Source: the human T2T-CHM13v2.0 reference genome, Homo sapiens
Reading direction: 5' to 3' (one strand)
Length of the DNA: 64,000 nt
Assembly (NCBI RefSeq): GCF_009914755.1
Contig: NC_060931.1
This document shows, piece by piece, positions 28,768-43,208 of this stretch. Every line of letters starts with the position of its first letter. Positions within the stretch are counted from its first letter, which is position 1. Under the pieces are notes generated by a model that saw nothing but the letters and a program-made list of their open reading frames with translations, was not told the DNA's origin and did no database searches. Position numbers and translations under genes: made by a program.

Positions 28768-31700
28768 CTCTAAACCACATGATTACATTGAAATTAAACA
28801 ACTTGTTCCTGAATGACTTCTGGTAAACAATGAAATTAAGGCAGAAATTAAAAAAAATTCTTTGAAATAAATGAAAACAGACACAACATTTGCCTGGGAT
28901 GTAGCAAAAGCAGTGTTAAGAGGAAAGTTTATAGTGCTAAATGCCTACATCAAGAAGTTAGAAAGATCTGAAATTAACAACTGAACATTGTTCTTAGAGA
29001 AACTAGAAAAACGAAAGCAAACTTCAAAGCTAGCAGTAGAAAATAAAAAACTGAAATCAGAGTAAAACCCATTGAAATTGAGACCCTAAATCCACATGAA
29101 GGATCAATGAAATAAAAAGTTGGTAATTTGAAAGGATAAACAAGATTGATAGACTGCTAGCTAGATTAACAAAAGAAGAGAAGAGAGATCTAAATAAGCA
29201 GAATCAGAAATGACACTGCAACCAATCCTACAGACATACAAAAGACCCTCAGAGAATATTATGAACACCTCTATGCACACAAACTAGAAATTCTAGAAAA
29301 AATGGATAAATTCCTGGGAACACATAACCTCTCAAGATTGAATCAGGAAGAAATAGAAACCCTAACAGACCAACAGCAAGAATGAGTTCCAAAATTGAAT
29401 TAGTAATAAAAAACCAACTAATCAAACACAAACAAAAAAAACCCCTGGACCAGATGGATTCGCAGCTGAATTCTGCCAGGCCTACAAAGAAGAGCTGATA
29501 CCAGTTCTGCTGAAACTATTCCAAAAATCACAGAGGAAGGATTCTTCCTTAACTCATTCTGCAAAGTCAGCATCATTCTGATACCCAAATCTGGAAAAGA
29601 CACAATGATAAAAGGAAAGTTCAGGTCAATATCTCTAATCAATACAAATGCAAAAATCGTCAACAAAATACTAGCAAATCAAATCCAGCAGCACAGCAAA
29701 AAGTTAATTCACCACAATCAAGTAGGGATTATTCCTGGGGTGCAAGGATGATTCAACATATGTAAGTCAACAAATGCAATTCACTACATAAACAGAATAA
29801 AAAACAAAGTATATGATTAACTCAGTAGATGAAGAAAAAACTTTTGATGCAATACAACATCCCTTTATGATAAAAACCCTCAAAAAACTAGGCATCAAAT
29901 GAACATATCTCAAAATAATAAGAGCCATCTATTACAAACCCACAGCCAACATACTGAATGAGCAAAAGCTGGAAGCTTTCCTCTTAAAAAGTGAAGTGAA
30001 ACAAGGATGCCCACTCTCACTAAAGCTATTCAATATAGTACTGGAAGTCTTAGCCAGAGCAATCAGGAAAGAGAATGAAATAAAACGTATCCAAATAGGA
30101 AAAAAAATAAGCCAAATTATCTCTCTTTGTTGATGATTGATATGATTCTATACCTAGAAAACTCCAAAGGCTACTTCTACTAATAACTTCAATAAAGTTT
30201 CAGGATACAAAATCAATGTAAAAAAATCAGTAGCATTTCCATACACAAATAATATTCAAGCTAAGATCCAAATCAAGTATACAATCTCATTTACAATAGC
30301 CACAAAACCCAAAATAACTAGAAATACTCCCAACCCAAAGGTGAAAGATCTCTACAAGGAGAACTACAAAACACTGCTAAAAGAAATTATAGATGACACA
30401 AACAAATGAAAAAACATTCCATGTTCATGAATTGGAAGAATCAATATTGTTTAAAATGGCCACACTCCCCAAAGAAATCTATAGATTCAGTGCTATGCCT
30501 ATCAAACTACCAATGTCATTTTTTACTAAATTAGAAAAAAACTATTATAAAATTCATATGTAATCAAAGAAGAGCCCGAATAGACAAAGCAATCCTAAGC
30601 AAAACAAAGCTGGAGGCATCACATTACCCCACTTTAAACTATACTGCATGTGTATACTAACCAAACAGCATGGTACTGGTATGAAAACAGACCCATAGAC
30701 CAATGAAACAAAATAGAGAACCAGAAATAAAGCTGCACACCTACAGCCATCTGATCTGTGACAAAGTCAACAAAAATAAGCAATGAGGAAAGGACTCCCT
30801 ATTAATAAATGCTGCTGGAATACACCTGCAATACCTGCCTAGCCATACACCAAAGAAAATAACTGGACCTCCACATTTCACCATATACAAAAACTAACTC
30901 AAGATAGATTAAAGATTTAAATGTAAGACCTCAAACTATAATAATCCCAGAAGAAAACCTAGGAAACCCCATTCTGGACATTGGCCTTCAGAAAGAATTT
31001 ATGACTAAGTCCTCAAAAGAGACTGCAACCAAAAAAAAAAAAAATTGACAAGTGGGACTTAATTAGACAAAAAATATTTTGCACAGCAAAAGAAACTATC
31101 AACAGAATAAAGACGCACCATACAGAATGGGAGAAAATATTTGCAAACTACGCATCTGGTAAAGATCTAATATGGAGAATCTATAAGGAACTTAAACAAT
31201 TGAAAGAGAAAAAAAAATTGTAAAGTGGGCAAAACATGAACAAACCCTGCTCAAAAGGAGACATACAAATGGTCAATAAACATATTAAAAAGTGCTCCTC
31301 ATCACTAACCATTAGAGTGATGCAAATCAAAACCACAATGAGATATCAACTCACATCAGTCAAAATGGCTATTATTAAAAAGTCAAAAAACAACAGATGC
31401 TGGCCAGGCTTGGAGAAAAGGGAACACTTAGTTTGTTGGTGGGAATGTAAATTAGTTCAGCTACTGTAGAAAGCAGTTTGGAGGTTTCTCAAATAACTGA
31501 AAACAGAACTATCATTCAATCCAGCAATCTTATTACTAGGTATTCATCCAAAAGAAAATAAATGTTCTATCAAAAAACACACACTTGTATGTTCATTGCA
31601 GCACTATTCACAACAGCAAGACATGGAATAAACAAAGATCCCCATCAATGGTGGAACAGAAAAAGAAAATGTAGCACACATACACCACGGAATAGTACAC

Positions 31701-32179
31701 AGCCATAAAAAAGAATAAAATCATGTCTTTCACAGAAACATGGATATAGTCGAAGGCTATTATCCTAAACAAATTTGTGCAAGAAGAGAAAACTAAATAC
31801 TGCATGTTCTCACCTCTAAGTGGGAGCTAACCATTGGGTACTTATAGGCATAAAGATGGCAACAATAGAAACTGGTGCTACTAGAGGGGGAGGGAGAGAG
31901 GGAGCAAAGGCTGGAAAACTTAACTATTAGGTACTATGAAGAGTACCTGGTTGAGATAAATCATACCCCAAATCTCAGCATCGTGTAATACACCCAGAGA
32001 GCAATTCCGCATGTGTAACTCCTGAATCTAAAATAAAAATGGACATTATTTTTTAAAAAGAACAGGAAAGAAACAAAACAAAATGAAACAAAAATGCTAT
32101 CATCTCCCTACAACTAAATTTATGTAACTAAAGCACAAACTAGAATTTAAAAAAATGTAAATACCAAACTCATAGCATT

Positions 32180-34371
32180 TCTGATGATGAATTTTATGTG
32201 TCAACTTGATGGGGCCACAGGATTTCTAAATATATGGTCAAATATTATTCTGGGTGTATCTGTCAGTGTGTTTTGGATGAGATTAATATTTGAATTTGTA
32301 GACTGAATATAGCAGACTGCCCTCCCTAATGTAGGTTGGCATCATCCAATCAGCTGAAGGCCTGAATAGAACAAAAAGGCTGATCCTCCCCAAGTAAGAG
32401 AATTATTCCTGCCTGATGACCTTTAAATTGAGACCTCAGCTTTTTTTCTGCCTTCAGACTTGAATTGAAGCCTTGGCTCTTTGTGGTTATTAAATATGCT
32501 GGCCTTTAGATGGCACCGATTGCTTTCTTGGTTCTCAGGCTTTTAGACTCTGACTAGAGCTACACCATTGTCTCTCCAACTTGCTACACCATTATCACCA
32601 AGTTGCTGACTCACCTGCAGATCTTGGGACTTGCCCAGCTCCATAACTGCTTATGCCACTTCCTTATGGTAAATTTCTTTAGATATATAAATATGCATAT
32701 GATTCTGTTTCTCTGGAGAACCCTAATACGTATTTTGGTACTAAGAATAATTCTGGAGGAAGAGAATCTTAAGGATAAACTTAAATAGGTTCTGAGGTTT
32801 CTGGGATTGAATCTCTAATCTGATTAGATTTAAAGACTATTGACTCTATTTCTAATAAAGAGAAAATTGGTGGTCCATGACATGATGTGGCAGTAGAGAT
32901 GCACAAAATATCACCACTAGATGCTTCTAATCAAACACTTAGAAGAAGCAAGGGTCTGGATGATCTTGTATTTGATACTTTCCAACATTTTTGTCAAACT
33001 CATGAGTAAAATGAGGTTGACTGGTTGCTTCTAGTGTTGGTGGACAAAGTGGAAAAAGAAAAGGATGACCTCAGGGGTCAAATTCCCAGCTGAAGTGCTG
33101 CATAAATGACCTGAAAGTTTCTAAGTGTGTCCCCGAAAGAGACCCTTATTTCCTGTAGTTGCAGGGCTGAGATTGCAGAAAATCAAACCAGAATCTCATC
33201 TTGCAACTGACTGAATTACAATGCAATTTGACTGCTAGTCTTGTAGGGTGTCTACTATTAAAGTAAAGGCATTGATTTGGAGGGAATGCGGTGCTGAAAG
33301 TTGGAATGGAGATATGTGGGAAGACCCTGATGAAGCTGGAGACACTGAGCCCCTAAATAACGTCTTCTTTGTTATGTGGAAGAGATCTCCACACTCAAGT
33401 GGAGGCATTTTCCCCAGTCCTAGTGGAAGTAGTCTCTTACCCCATGTCTGAGGGGATCAACCCTGCCTTGCCTAAGAAAACTATAATGTCCTACCATGAG
33501 GCAGTTGCCATGCAAGGCGCTTCTGCTTCTCCTCAGAACCCACTCCCACCATTCCTCGTTCATTTCAGACCTATAACTAGATTCAAGTCCCAGCAGCACC
33601 CAAAGGGGAGATATAAGGTATAAACCATGAGGAAGTGTGCTATACATCAAATGGACAATTTGAGTTTTCTAATGTATACAAGCAGAAATCTGGGGAATAT
33701 GTGTGGAAATGGATATAAGGGTATGGGATAATGATGGAAGGAACATAAAATTGTATCAGGCCAAATTTGCTAATATGGGGTCACTAAGCAGTTATTCTGC
33801 ATTTAATATGGCAGCTCATGGAGTTAGGAAGGGCTCTAATTGCTTGTTTGTTTTCTTGGCTGAAACATGGAACAAAAGATAGCATTATTCTGGGAGTTTC
33901 TGCAAGGGTGTTTATAAATGACATTAATATTTAAGTAGGTAGACTGAATTCAGCAGATGGCCCTCCCTAGTGTGAGTGGGTCTCATCCAATTAGTTGAAG
34001 ACCTAAACAGAACAAAAAGTCTGACTTTCCCCTAAGTTAGATAATTATTTCTGTCTGATGGCCTTCATACTGGGACATTGGCTTTTTTTTGTTTTCTGCC
34101 TTCAGACTTTATGGAAATACCAGCTTGTCCTGGGTCTCAAGTTTCCCAGTCTTTGGATGGCAACTACACCATTGGCTCTCCTGTTCTCAGGTCTTTGGAC
34201 TCGGACTGGAACTATATCATTGGCTTCCTTGGGTCTCTGACTTGCTAATTCACCTTGCAGATCTTAGGACTTGCCCACCTCCATGACTGTGTGAGCCTAT
34301 TCCTTATAATCAATCAATCAATCGATCAATGAATCACCCATTGGTTCTGTTTATCTGAAAATCCTAACACA
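32180..34371 (+). mobile_element. MLT2/ERVL provirus with large internal deletion
   Basis: 5' LTR 32180-32730, gag-like internal region (QKSGEYVWKWI, DNDGRNIKL), 3' LTR about 33885-34371; 5-bp TSD GCATT (32175-32179, 34372-34376). Confidence 0.85.
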
Positions 34372-35579
34372 GCATTGTTCCATGAAAGCAATGGATGAGA
34401 TAATTTTTGTGTCTCTGACATAATTCTGGCATAGCAGCATAAAAACTGGCTGCTATGAACATAACATGAGAAAAACCTTATGGTTGGAGGCTTTTTCTTA
34501 TACTAGATTTTTAAAAATTATGACAATTACTTGTAAGGTGTTCTAGATGTTATCTGCAAAGAGAACCAGAGTAGCAATACTTAGGCAACCCCAAAGACCT
34601 TTGAGAAGTCACAGGTCAAGGGGGAACATCATATGGGGATCAGGCAAATCCACTTATGGTTGCTGGGCGCCATCCTGCTAAGTAATGGCCTTCACTCTAG
34701 TGCTGCCAGCCATGTAACAAAAAATAAAATAAAATAGGCATGCTCTAAACAAATAAGTTTACAAAATAATTGAGTCAGTTTCTTTGCTGAAGCCTGTGTT
34801 CCCTGTTTCCTATTGCAAAAGCCATTTATCAAGCATTCACAGCTTGTGAAAATTGCTTTATGAAATAGAAGACCACAAGACTGGGTTGCCTGAAATCCTT
34901 CTGACCACAACTGGGGGCAACAGGAACTCAAGAGGGCCTGGCTTCCAAGACGATGGAGCCACCAGCTGGCAAGCTGAATCCATCATGCCACTTAGAAAGT
35001 GCAAGTGTTCAGGAATCAAACAGGACTCAGAGGTAATCCACAGGCCACTTGCTGAGTCCTGCCACATCTGCACCCGATACCATTTGAAACGTAGATCCTG
35101 ATCCCTTTGGAGGAAATGGGTGAAGGAGAAGTATGAAGTGCAGGTGCAGTAGCAGAGTGGAACTTGAGTCACCCATTCCCCAAACTCCCCCAGACACCAA
35201 CACTGCTTCCATCTCCTTCCCTTCAAACTCTCTGCCATGGGACCACCAAAATTGAAATATTTTGGCAAATTTGTGTAATAACCAATGCTTCAGAAGAAAA
35301 AAGGAAAATTCCATCTAATTAATATCCAGAAAAAAAGGGAGGTAAATGGTAAATGTGGGCATTACTTCTTGTCGCACAGATCAGTTCTGTGGGTTCTCGG
35401 AAAGGGAGGGCACCCTCTCTGTGTATGTGTGTATGCCCGAGAAAGTCCCTGAAGGCAGCTTTCTGTAATTCAACCCTCCTGAAACACTGAACAGCTAGTG
35501 AAAAGATTTCTCAGCAGATGCCGAACAAGAGGGGACATCTGATGCCTGTTTTATTCAGTCACCAGTAATCTCTCTTGCA

Positions 35580-35693
35580 TCACTCACTTTTGTTAGAATT
35601 GACTAATAGGCAACATGCCTTCACTTGAGCCCAGCAGATATAAGCACCATCCTTACAGGCTGGCTTCCTGACTGAGAGCAGGGAGCAGCAGGC
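35580..35693 (+). promoter_or_regulatory. ABCA13 core promoter / short 5' UTR
   Basis: TATA-like TATAAG at 35639-35644, about 30 nt before a plausible start near 35670 and 55 nt before the ATG; unique non-repeat sequence; no CpG island. Confidence 0.55.
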
Positions 35694-35762
35694 ATGGGGC
35701 ATGCCGGGTGCCAGTTCAAAGCCCTGCTGTGGAAGAATTGGCTCTGCAGACTCAGGAACCCG
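35694..35762 (+). CDS. ABCA13: ABCA13 coding exon 1 ([23 protein letters not shown])
   Basis: ATG in strong context (GGCATGG), 23 codons containing the ABCA-family N-terminal LLWKN motif, followed by donor GTGAGT at 35763; phase 0. Peptide recognised as the human ABCA13 N-terminus. Confidence 0.96.
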
Positions 35763-36689
35763 GTGAGTGCTTGCCTTGGTTTTCCATAGGGTTCCAGTGA
35801 GGTCTGGAGCAAGATCAGGGTCTATTCTTTCCTGCCTGCCTCTGCCTCCTGGCAGGTAAAAACACTCATGCTGCAGGGAATTTGGGGAGGTTGGATTATT
35901 TTAAATCAAAACCTGTCCCAAGGGCCAAAGTAGCTGAACACTTTAATGACCAGGATGAAATCAAGGCTGAAGAATTTATCAGAAAAGGGCAAATTTAGAA
36001 AAATTCTAAAAACAAACAAACAAAAAAGCAGGTGGAATTGAACTATAATTTGTGTTCTAAGCATTCGTTGTAAAAACTGAACAGTGAATTCTCAGGTTTA
36101 AGGAACAAAGCATTTGCTGCATTTAATGCATAAGCAGAATGCTACAGGTACTGACTCCGAAGCACAAGACTGCACAGTGTGCCTCACCAGAGCAGGGTAT
36201 GACACATCCACTCTGTTATTCTGTAGGGTCACCATCTTTAGTGTTAATTCACATCTATTTAGAACTGTATTCAAATTACATTAGCAAGGTTTTCCTAAGG
36301 AGATTGGAATTGTTCAAATGAAACTTGTGTGAATACTTATGCAAATATCCTGTAAGTGTACGTTTTTGTGAAATAGAAATCAATTGCTTGTTATTATGAC
36401 TAACTTTATTCCTGATGCCACTATATAAACATTAATACCTATAAATGTCATTTTCAGGAGAAGTAGATGTGCAGTAATTTACCTGCATCGTTTCTGATTT
36501 TAAGGTCTACAGTTAACCTATGGGAATTTTCTGCTGACAAATGCTTTGGTTTGAAGAGATTCAGTAATTGACATTGAATTACATTTTGCTGAATCCTCCG
36601 AGCCAGAATATTCTATCTCTCTGTCTTGAAATAAAATACAAGTTAAAGGAGATGTTTTCTTTTTTATGTGATCTTTAGGATCAAAATAA

Positions 36690-37159
<470 letters not shown>

Positions 37160-37399
37160 CTATTTTCCCATGAAAGAGTGTTATGGGTGGAAGTTGGTTC
37201 CCAGGCACTGCTCTTTCTGCTTTATGCATATCTACCTCAAAACAGTTCAGTGACCGAGGTAGCCAGACTGCCTACTCCTCCTTAATGGATACTTGAGTTT
37301 TAAAAAATTTTCACAATTACTTTTGCTGCTAAGGCAAACATCCTCATCAGAAGGTTTTATTTGTTTGATAACTGTTTATTTAAAGTGGTAACTCCTGCA

Positions 37400-37625
37400 T
37401 CCCACTTTTCTTTGACTTATTTTTCTTTAGTATTTATCATCTTGTAACACACCACAGATTTTCTTATTTGCCGATTGCCTCTGGATCCTACATTAGTATG
37501 TTACATGCATGAGAGCAGGACATTTTCCCCAATTGGTTCATCAATGTATTCTCCAGCACCCAGAACAGTGCCTGGCACACAATGGATGTTCAGTAAATAT
37601 TTGTTGAATAAGTAAAAGAAGGAAG
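37400..37625 (+). mobile_element. L2 3' end
   Basis: AGAACAGTGCCTGGCACA...AGTAAATATTTGTTGAAT. Confidence 0.75.
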
Positions 37626-37879
37626 GAATAAAGCATTTATGCATCTCTGTTATGTGCCAGATAGTGGGTGAACAAGAAAAGTGAGTTCCTGGCCCACAAA
37701 GAGCTATAGTCTGTTCACAGAAAAGCAATGAAAAATGCAATTAAATATTTAATGAAACCACCTCTTGGGATATATCCTATAGATGTCCCTGCACAAATGG
37801 GAAGTGATATTTGTACAAGGTTGTTCATTATAGCAATGCCTAGAATAGCAACAGAGTAGAAACAACACAAGTGGTTCCA

Positions 37880-38050
37880 TGCATAGAATTTGGAGCTGCC
37901 TGACTGGGTTCACATCCCAGCTCTGTCACTTACTAGTTTACTTTTTCAGGCAATTTCTTAACTTAGTTTTCTTCTCTGTAAAATGAAATTGTTTGTAAGT
38001 ATTAAATGAGTTTGTACATGTAATGTGCTTGCAACAGTACCTGGTATAGG
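37880..38050 (+). mobile_element. MIR
   Basis: CTGGGTTCACATCCCAGCTCTGTCACTTACTAG...TCTGTAAAATG. Confidence 0.75.
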
Positions 38051-39404
38051 AGTGGGAGCTGTTTTCTTATTTGGTAGAAATGGGTGGCCTCAGACATCTG
38101 TGGACATGAACCGTGGGCTGTGAGGAGAGGAGGCACAGGGTAACTCTCAGTTCATGGCTTGCACAGTTGGGTTAGAACAGAACTCCAGGGGGATAAAATG
38201 TGAATATGTTTACATATCTTAATGTTATTACAGTGGAAATATTGAGGGCAGGCCCCTCTGGGTGAATGTCTTTAAACTGACCTATTTTTCACAGCATTCT
38301 CCCATTCTCCAATGATAATCTGTAGATTCTTTGTTTTTGAACTATGAAAGTGAGGTGTTGGCATGAACTGTGGAATAACCAAACTGCCTGAGTGAATAAA
38401 TGGCCTCAAATACATGTTTATTTAGTGAGTAAAGCCAGGAACTATTTGTTGTAGGAAGGAAGCTTGTCTGTTTTTACATTTACTGTTTTTTTTAGCTTTT
38501 TTTTTAAATTGATGCATAATAGATGTACATAGTGTCAGCATACATGTGATAATTTAGTAATTTGTATCATTCATAAAGAGCAAATCAGTATATGCTTTTA
38601 CATTTACTTTTTAAAAATCTTTCATATATTTCATGATTATAGTTTCTTCAAAAAACATCTTATTATAGATTCAAACAAAAATTTAAAAAAATAGAATAAT
38701 GGATAAATAGTACCCATCATACTTATCTTAATACCTAACTCTATAGATTGTTAAAATTCTACTATTCTTGGAAAAAGTAGTTTCTTACCATTATTTTAAT
38801 ACCATTTATTTTTTCCTCTTGATTTTTATTTATTGTAAAAACAGTACTAAAACAAAAGTTAAACATTTTAAAGTCATCTAAAATTTTATTATCCTAATTA
38901 ACTTTTGTGGTCTTTTCTTATCCTTAGGCATACATAATGAAATATTTTTACGTAATTAAAGTCATAGCTTTTTTCCCACTTTATATTGAAGCCTAACATT
39001 TTAAAAGTTACTGTATGGTCTTCTTATTTAATGGTTTTATTGAATAACAGTTCATCAGTTGTATACACATAATTATTTGACCATTTCCTTATGTTGAGGA
39101 TTAAGGTTCTTTCCAGCTCTTATTGTTATGAATAACATCATTATGCATGAAGGACACACCTTCTCCTGGATCATTTCTCTTGAATAAGTTTCCTGGAGAA
39201 GTTTCTGGGTCAAGGTAAGGAAACATTGCTTTTGGGCAGGTGGAGATCAGTTGACAATGTCTCACGGGTGACCCCATGGATAGTTCCAGTGCAATGCCAT
39301 CAACATTGGCAAATATTCAGTGGCTTTGAGCCATGCTTTTCCACATGAATTTCTATTAATTTCTACATTTTATTCTAACTGTAAATCAGTCTAATTAATT
39401 ACTT

Positions 39405-40055
<651 letters not shown>

Positions 40056-42564
40056 TTCTTATTTTAAAGAATTAATAACAACAACAACAACAACAACAAG
40101 AAAATCATGTAAGCCAACTGTAAGCTCCTTGGATAGCTCTTAGTTTTGCAGTCTATTTGGGTTCTCCCATGTTTTAATATTGAACAGAGCAGCTGAGCCT
40201 GTAGCCTGTGTACTGTGGATGGTACACTTCCCCTAATCTATCCTTCAAATCATGGAGCAGTGACCATTCACAGGGTGGTTGTTGTCTCCAGGATCCTACA
40301 TCTGTTGACACCTTGGATCTCTGTTCTGAATCTTGCCTCCTGTGACTGCTACTCAGTCCTTTCCTTCCCCGCCCAACTGGACAGGACTCTGATCCCTTAC
40401 TCCATTAATGAAAGCTGATATCCTGTAAGTGATACCAGCTTTTTGGGTTGAGCTGGCCAATTTTACTGAAGACTTGGGCTAGTGGAGGAGGGTTGAAGCA
40501 TAGTTTAATACGAGGACATCAATGTTTTAAAAAACTCATGGTTCTCTCCCAACCATGGGCTGGAAGAGGATAATGGAAACAACAAAACTACACTGGCCAC
40601 AGTTTTACTAGGAACATCCTTCTGCCCATGGAAACCACATCCCAGAACCCAGCGACAGATATCCAGATGTCTACCATACATAAAGCACCGCATTCTTGAT
40701 TTAAAAGGCCACAGTGATAAAATGCATACTTTCTTTTAGTCATGAATAAGAATTATGGTGTTATGCCAGGGCTCATCCTCTGACCTGGCTTGTTGGGGAA
40801 TAGGGAGAAGCCTATTAGACTGTCTGAGTTCAAATGCCATCCCTCCACCAGCATTAGAAAGACCTGAGTCAGCTCACCCAAACCCAGGCTGAATCCCTGC
40901 TGGGCTCTGCCTCTGCCTATCTACCTCCTAGAGATCTACCCTGGGGCTAGGTAGGGAGCTTTCCAAGATAACTACCTTGGAAATCACTTTTTTTCCTTTA
41001 AGATGTAAAGAAACATATTCTTAAGTTTCAACTACTTTCTTTTAAGATGTAAAGAAACATGTTCTCAAGTTTCAACTACTTCAAACCTCAGAGCTTTTGT
41101 GTGTATATGTGTGTGTGTTTCTTTTCTAAAACAAAATAATCTCATTTCTTTGAGATTTTTGTCTGTTACTGTTGTTTATTTTGTCTATTACTGAAATCAG
41201 GTGCTAAAAACTGAACTTGGTGTTACAAAGAATAATTTTATTTTGCAAACACTAATCCTGCTAGCTACAATTTCTGTATTTTTCTGAAATTGAAAAAAAA
41301 TTTACAGATATCAAGCCTCAGAAGTAAAGTATGTCTTATTTCTTTTGGACATTGTTTTAGAGGTTGGATTTTTGCTGGTTTTGCATAGTTACATGTTATA
41401 GCTCATCAACTATTTGTTGTCAAATTTGCTGTAAGGATTTACTAAGGGAATCAGCAGATGCCAGAAGGTAAAAGGTGAGGTGCCTGATCTCTCTCATAGT
41501 CAGGTTGGAAAAAGTCTTGAACTAACTAGTCTTGAACTGCTCCTATGGCTAGAGGTCCTTGGGGTCAGGGCATCCTCACTGGCTGCGGGTCAGTAGTGGG
41601 GCTGGGGTGCTGCTGAGCAGCCACCTGCGAGCCAGTGCACTTTCTGCTCCACTTCTCAGCAGCGGCCCACACCCAGGGGCGCTCCATACACAAACCCGCT
41701 CAGCTGCAGACTCCAGCACTGCGGGACAAGATTGGCAGTGAGAGGCGAGAGGGTTCTCAGGTGGTGTAGGAGCCCTTGAACTATTCTCGTTTCCAGCACT
41801 TACACGGAGGTGACACATTTCTTGCGATTAGGCCACACGGATGACTGACATGATGGCTTCTCCCTCTCTGGCTGCAGTCATACAGTAGTGCAGGTGCGAT
41901 GGAACTCCTGATAACTCGAAGCTCCCACCAAGGGCTCTTTAATAAAATGTAGAGTAATTCAACTTCTGTTTGGCTAGATGAGAAGATAAAGTTGATAATC
42001 TTCCTACTTGTCATTAAATCGGGAGCCTGTGGGATCTTGGGGCTTGGCCTGGGCTTCCCTGGCCTTCAGGACTCGCCTTAGGCTGAACCCTGGGAGGAAA
42101 CTGCCTCAGCCACTGCCAGGCCACTGAGGGCCATTTGAGTGTGTCTCAGGTTTGCTAAGAGCAGTGATCTAGGAAAAGCAGTTCAGAAACCGAATTAATA
42201 AAAGCAAACCTCCCTTTGTATTTTTTTTAGCATGGGCTGGCCTCTGCTAAGCTGTTTGGGGTTGGTTGGTTTTTCCTAATTCACAATCATGGTATCAGCA
42301 GTGCCTTTTCTTTAATTTCAATTGATCTGAATTTGCTTCTAAACCTTTAATTTTAGCTTTATTTTCCTCCTACACCCTCTCTCAAAGCACTAGTGATTAA
42401 ATAGACAACCAAATATATATTAAAAAAACAATTTTGAAGGGCAGTGAGGGAAATGCTTTGAAGGGCAGTGAGGGAACACTTGCAGTGAAAGCATCTCAGT
42501 GTTTCTTTAAGAGTCTGGCTGTGCGGTGAGCATCTCTTTTGTCCTGCATCATTGCCTGAGTTTA

Positions 42565-42987
<423 letters not shown>

Positions 42988-43164
42988 TCATTTACCAATT
43001 CGACTGTCAGGCTGAAAAGAGAAAATAATTCTCTCTAGGTTGCTCTTTTGCTGAAATTGTTACCAGCATATTGCAGAGAAAATTACAAGATCATCAAAAA
43101 GCTAGGTCTGGGAGATTTTATTTAGGATGGTGGATTTACGTGGCTTCTGTGCAAAACAAAAACC

Positions 43165-43204
<40 letters not shown>
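43165..43204. repeat. (AAT)n microsatellite
   Basis: About 13 perfect AAT units. Confidence 0.95.

Positions 43205-43208
<4 letters not shown>

Larger units (their letters stand above)
26966..32093 (+). mobile_element. Old primate L1 (L1PA15-16/L1PB-like): end of ORF1, degraded ORF2, 3' UTR
   Basis: HISILTLN EN start near 27750, HGTYSKIDH, PGPDGF, QGCPLS, FVDD-like RT motif near 30126, A-rich tail; many stops and frameshifts. Confidence 0.9.
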
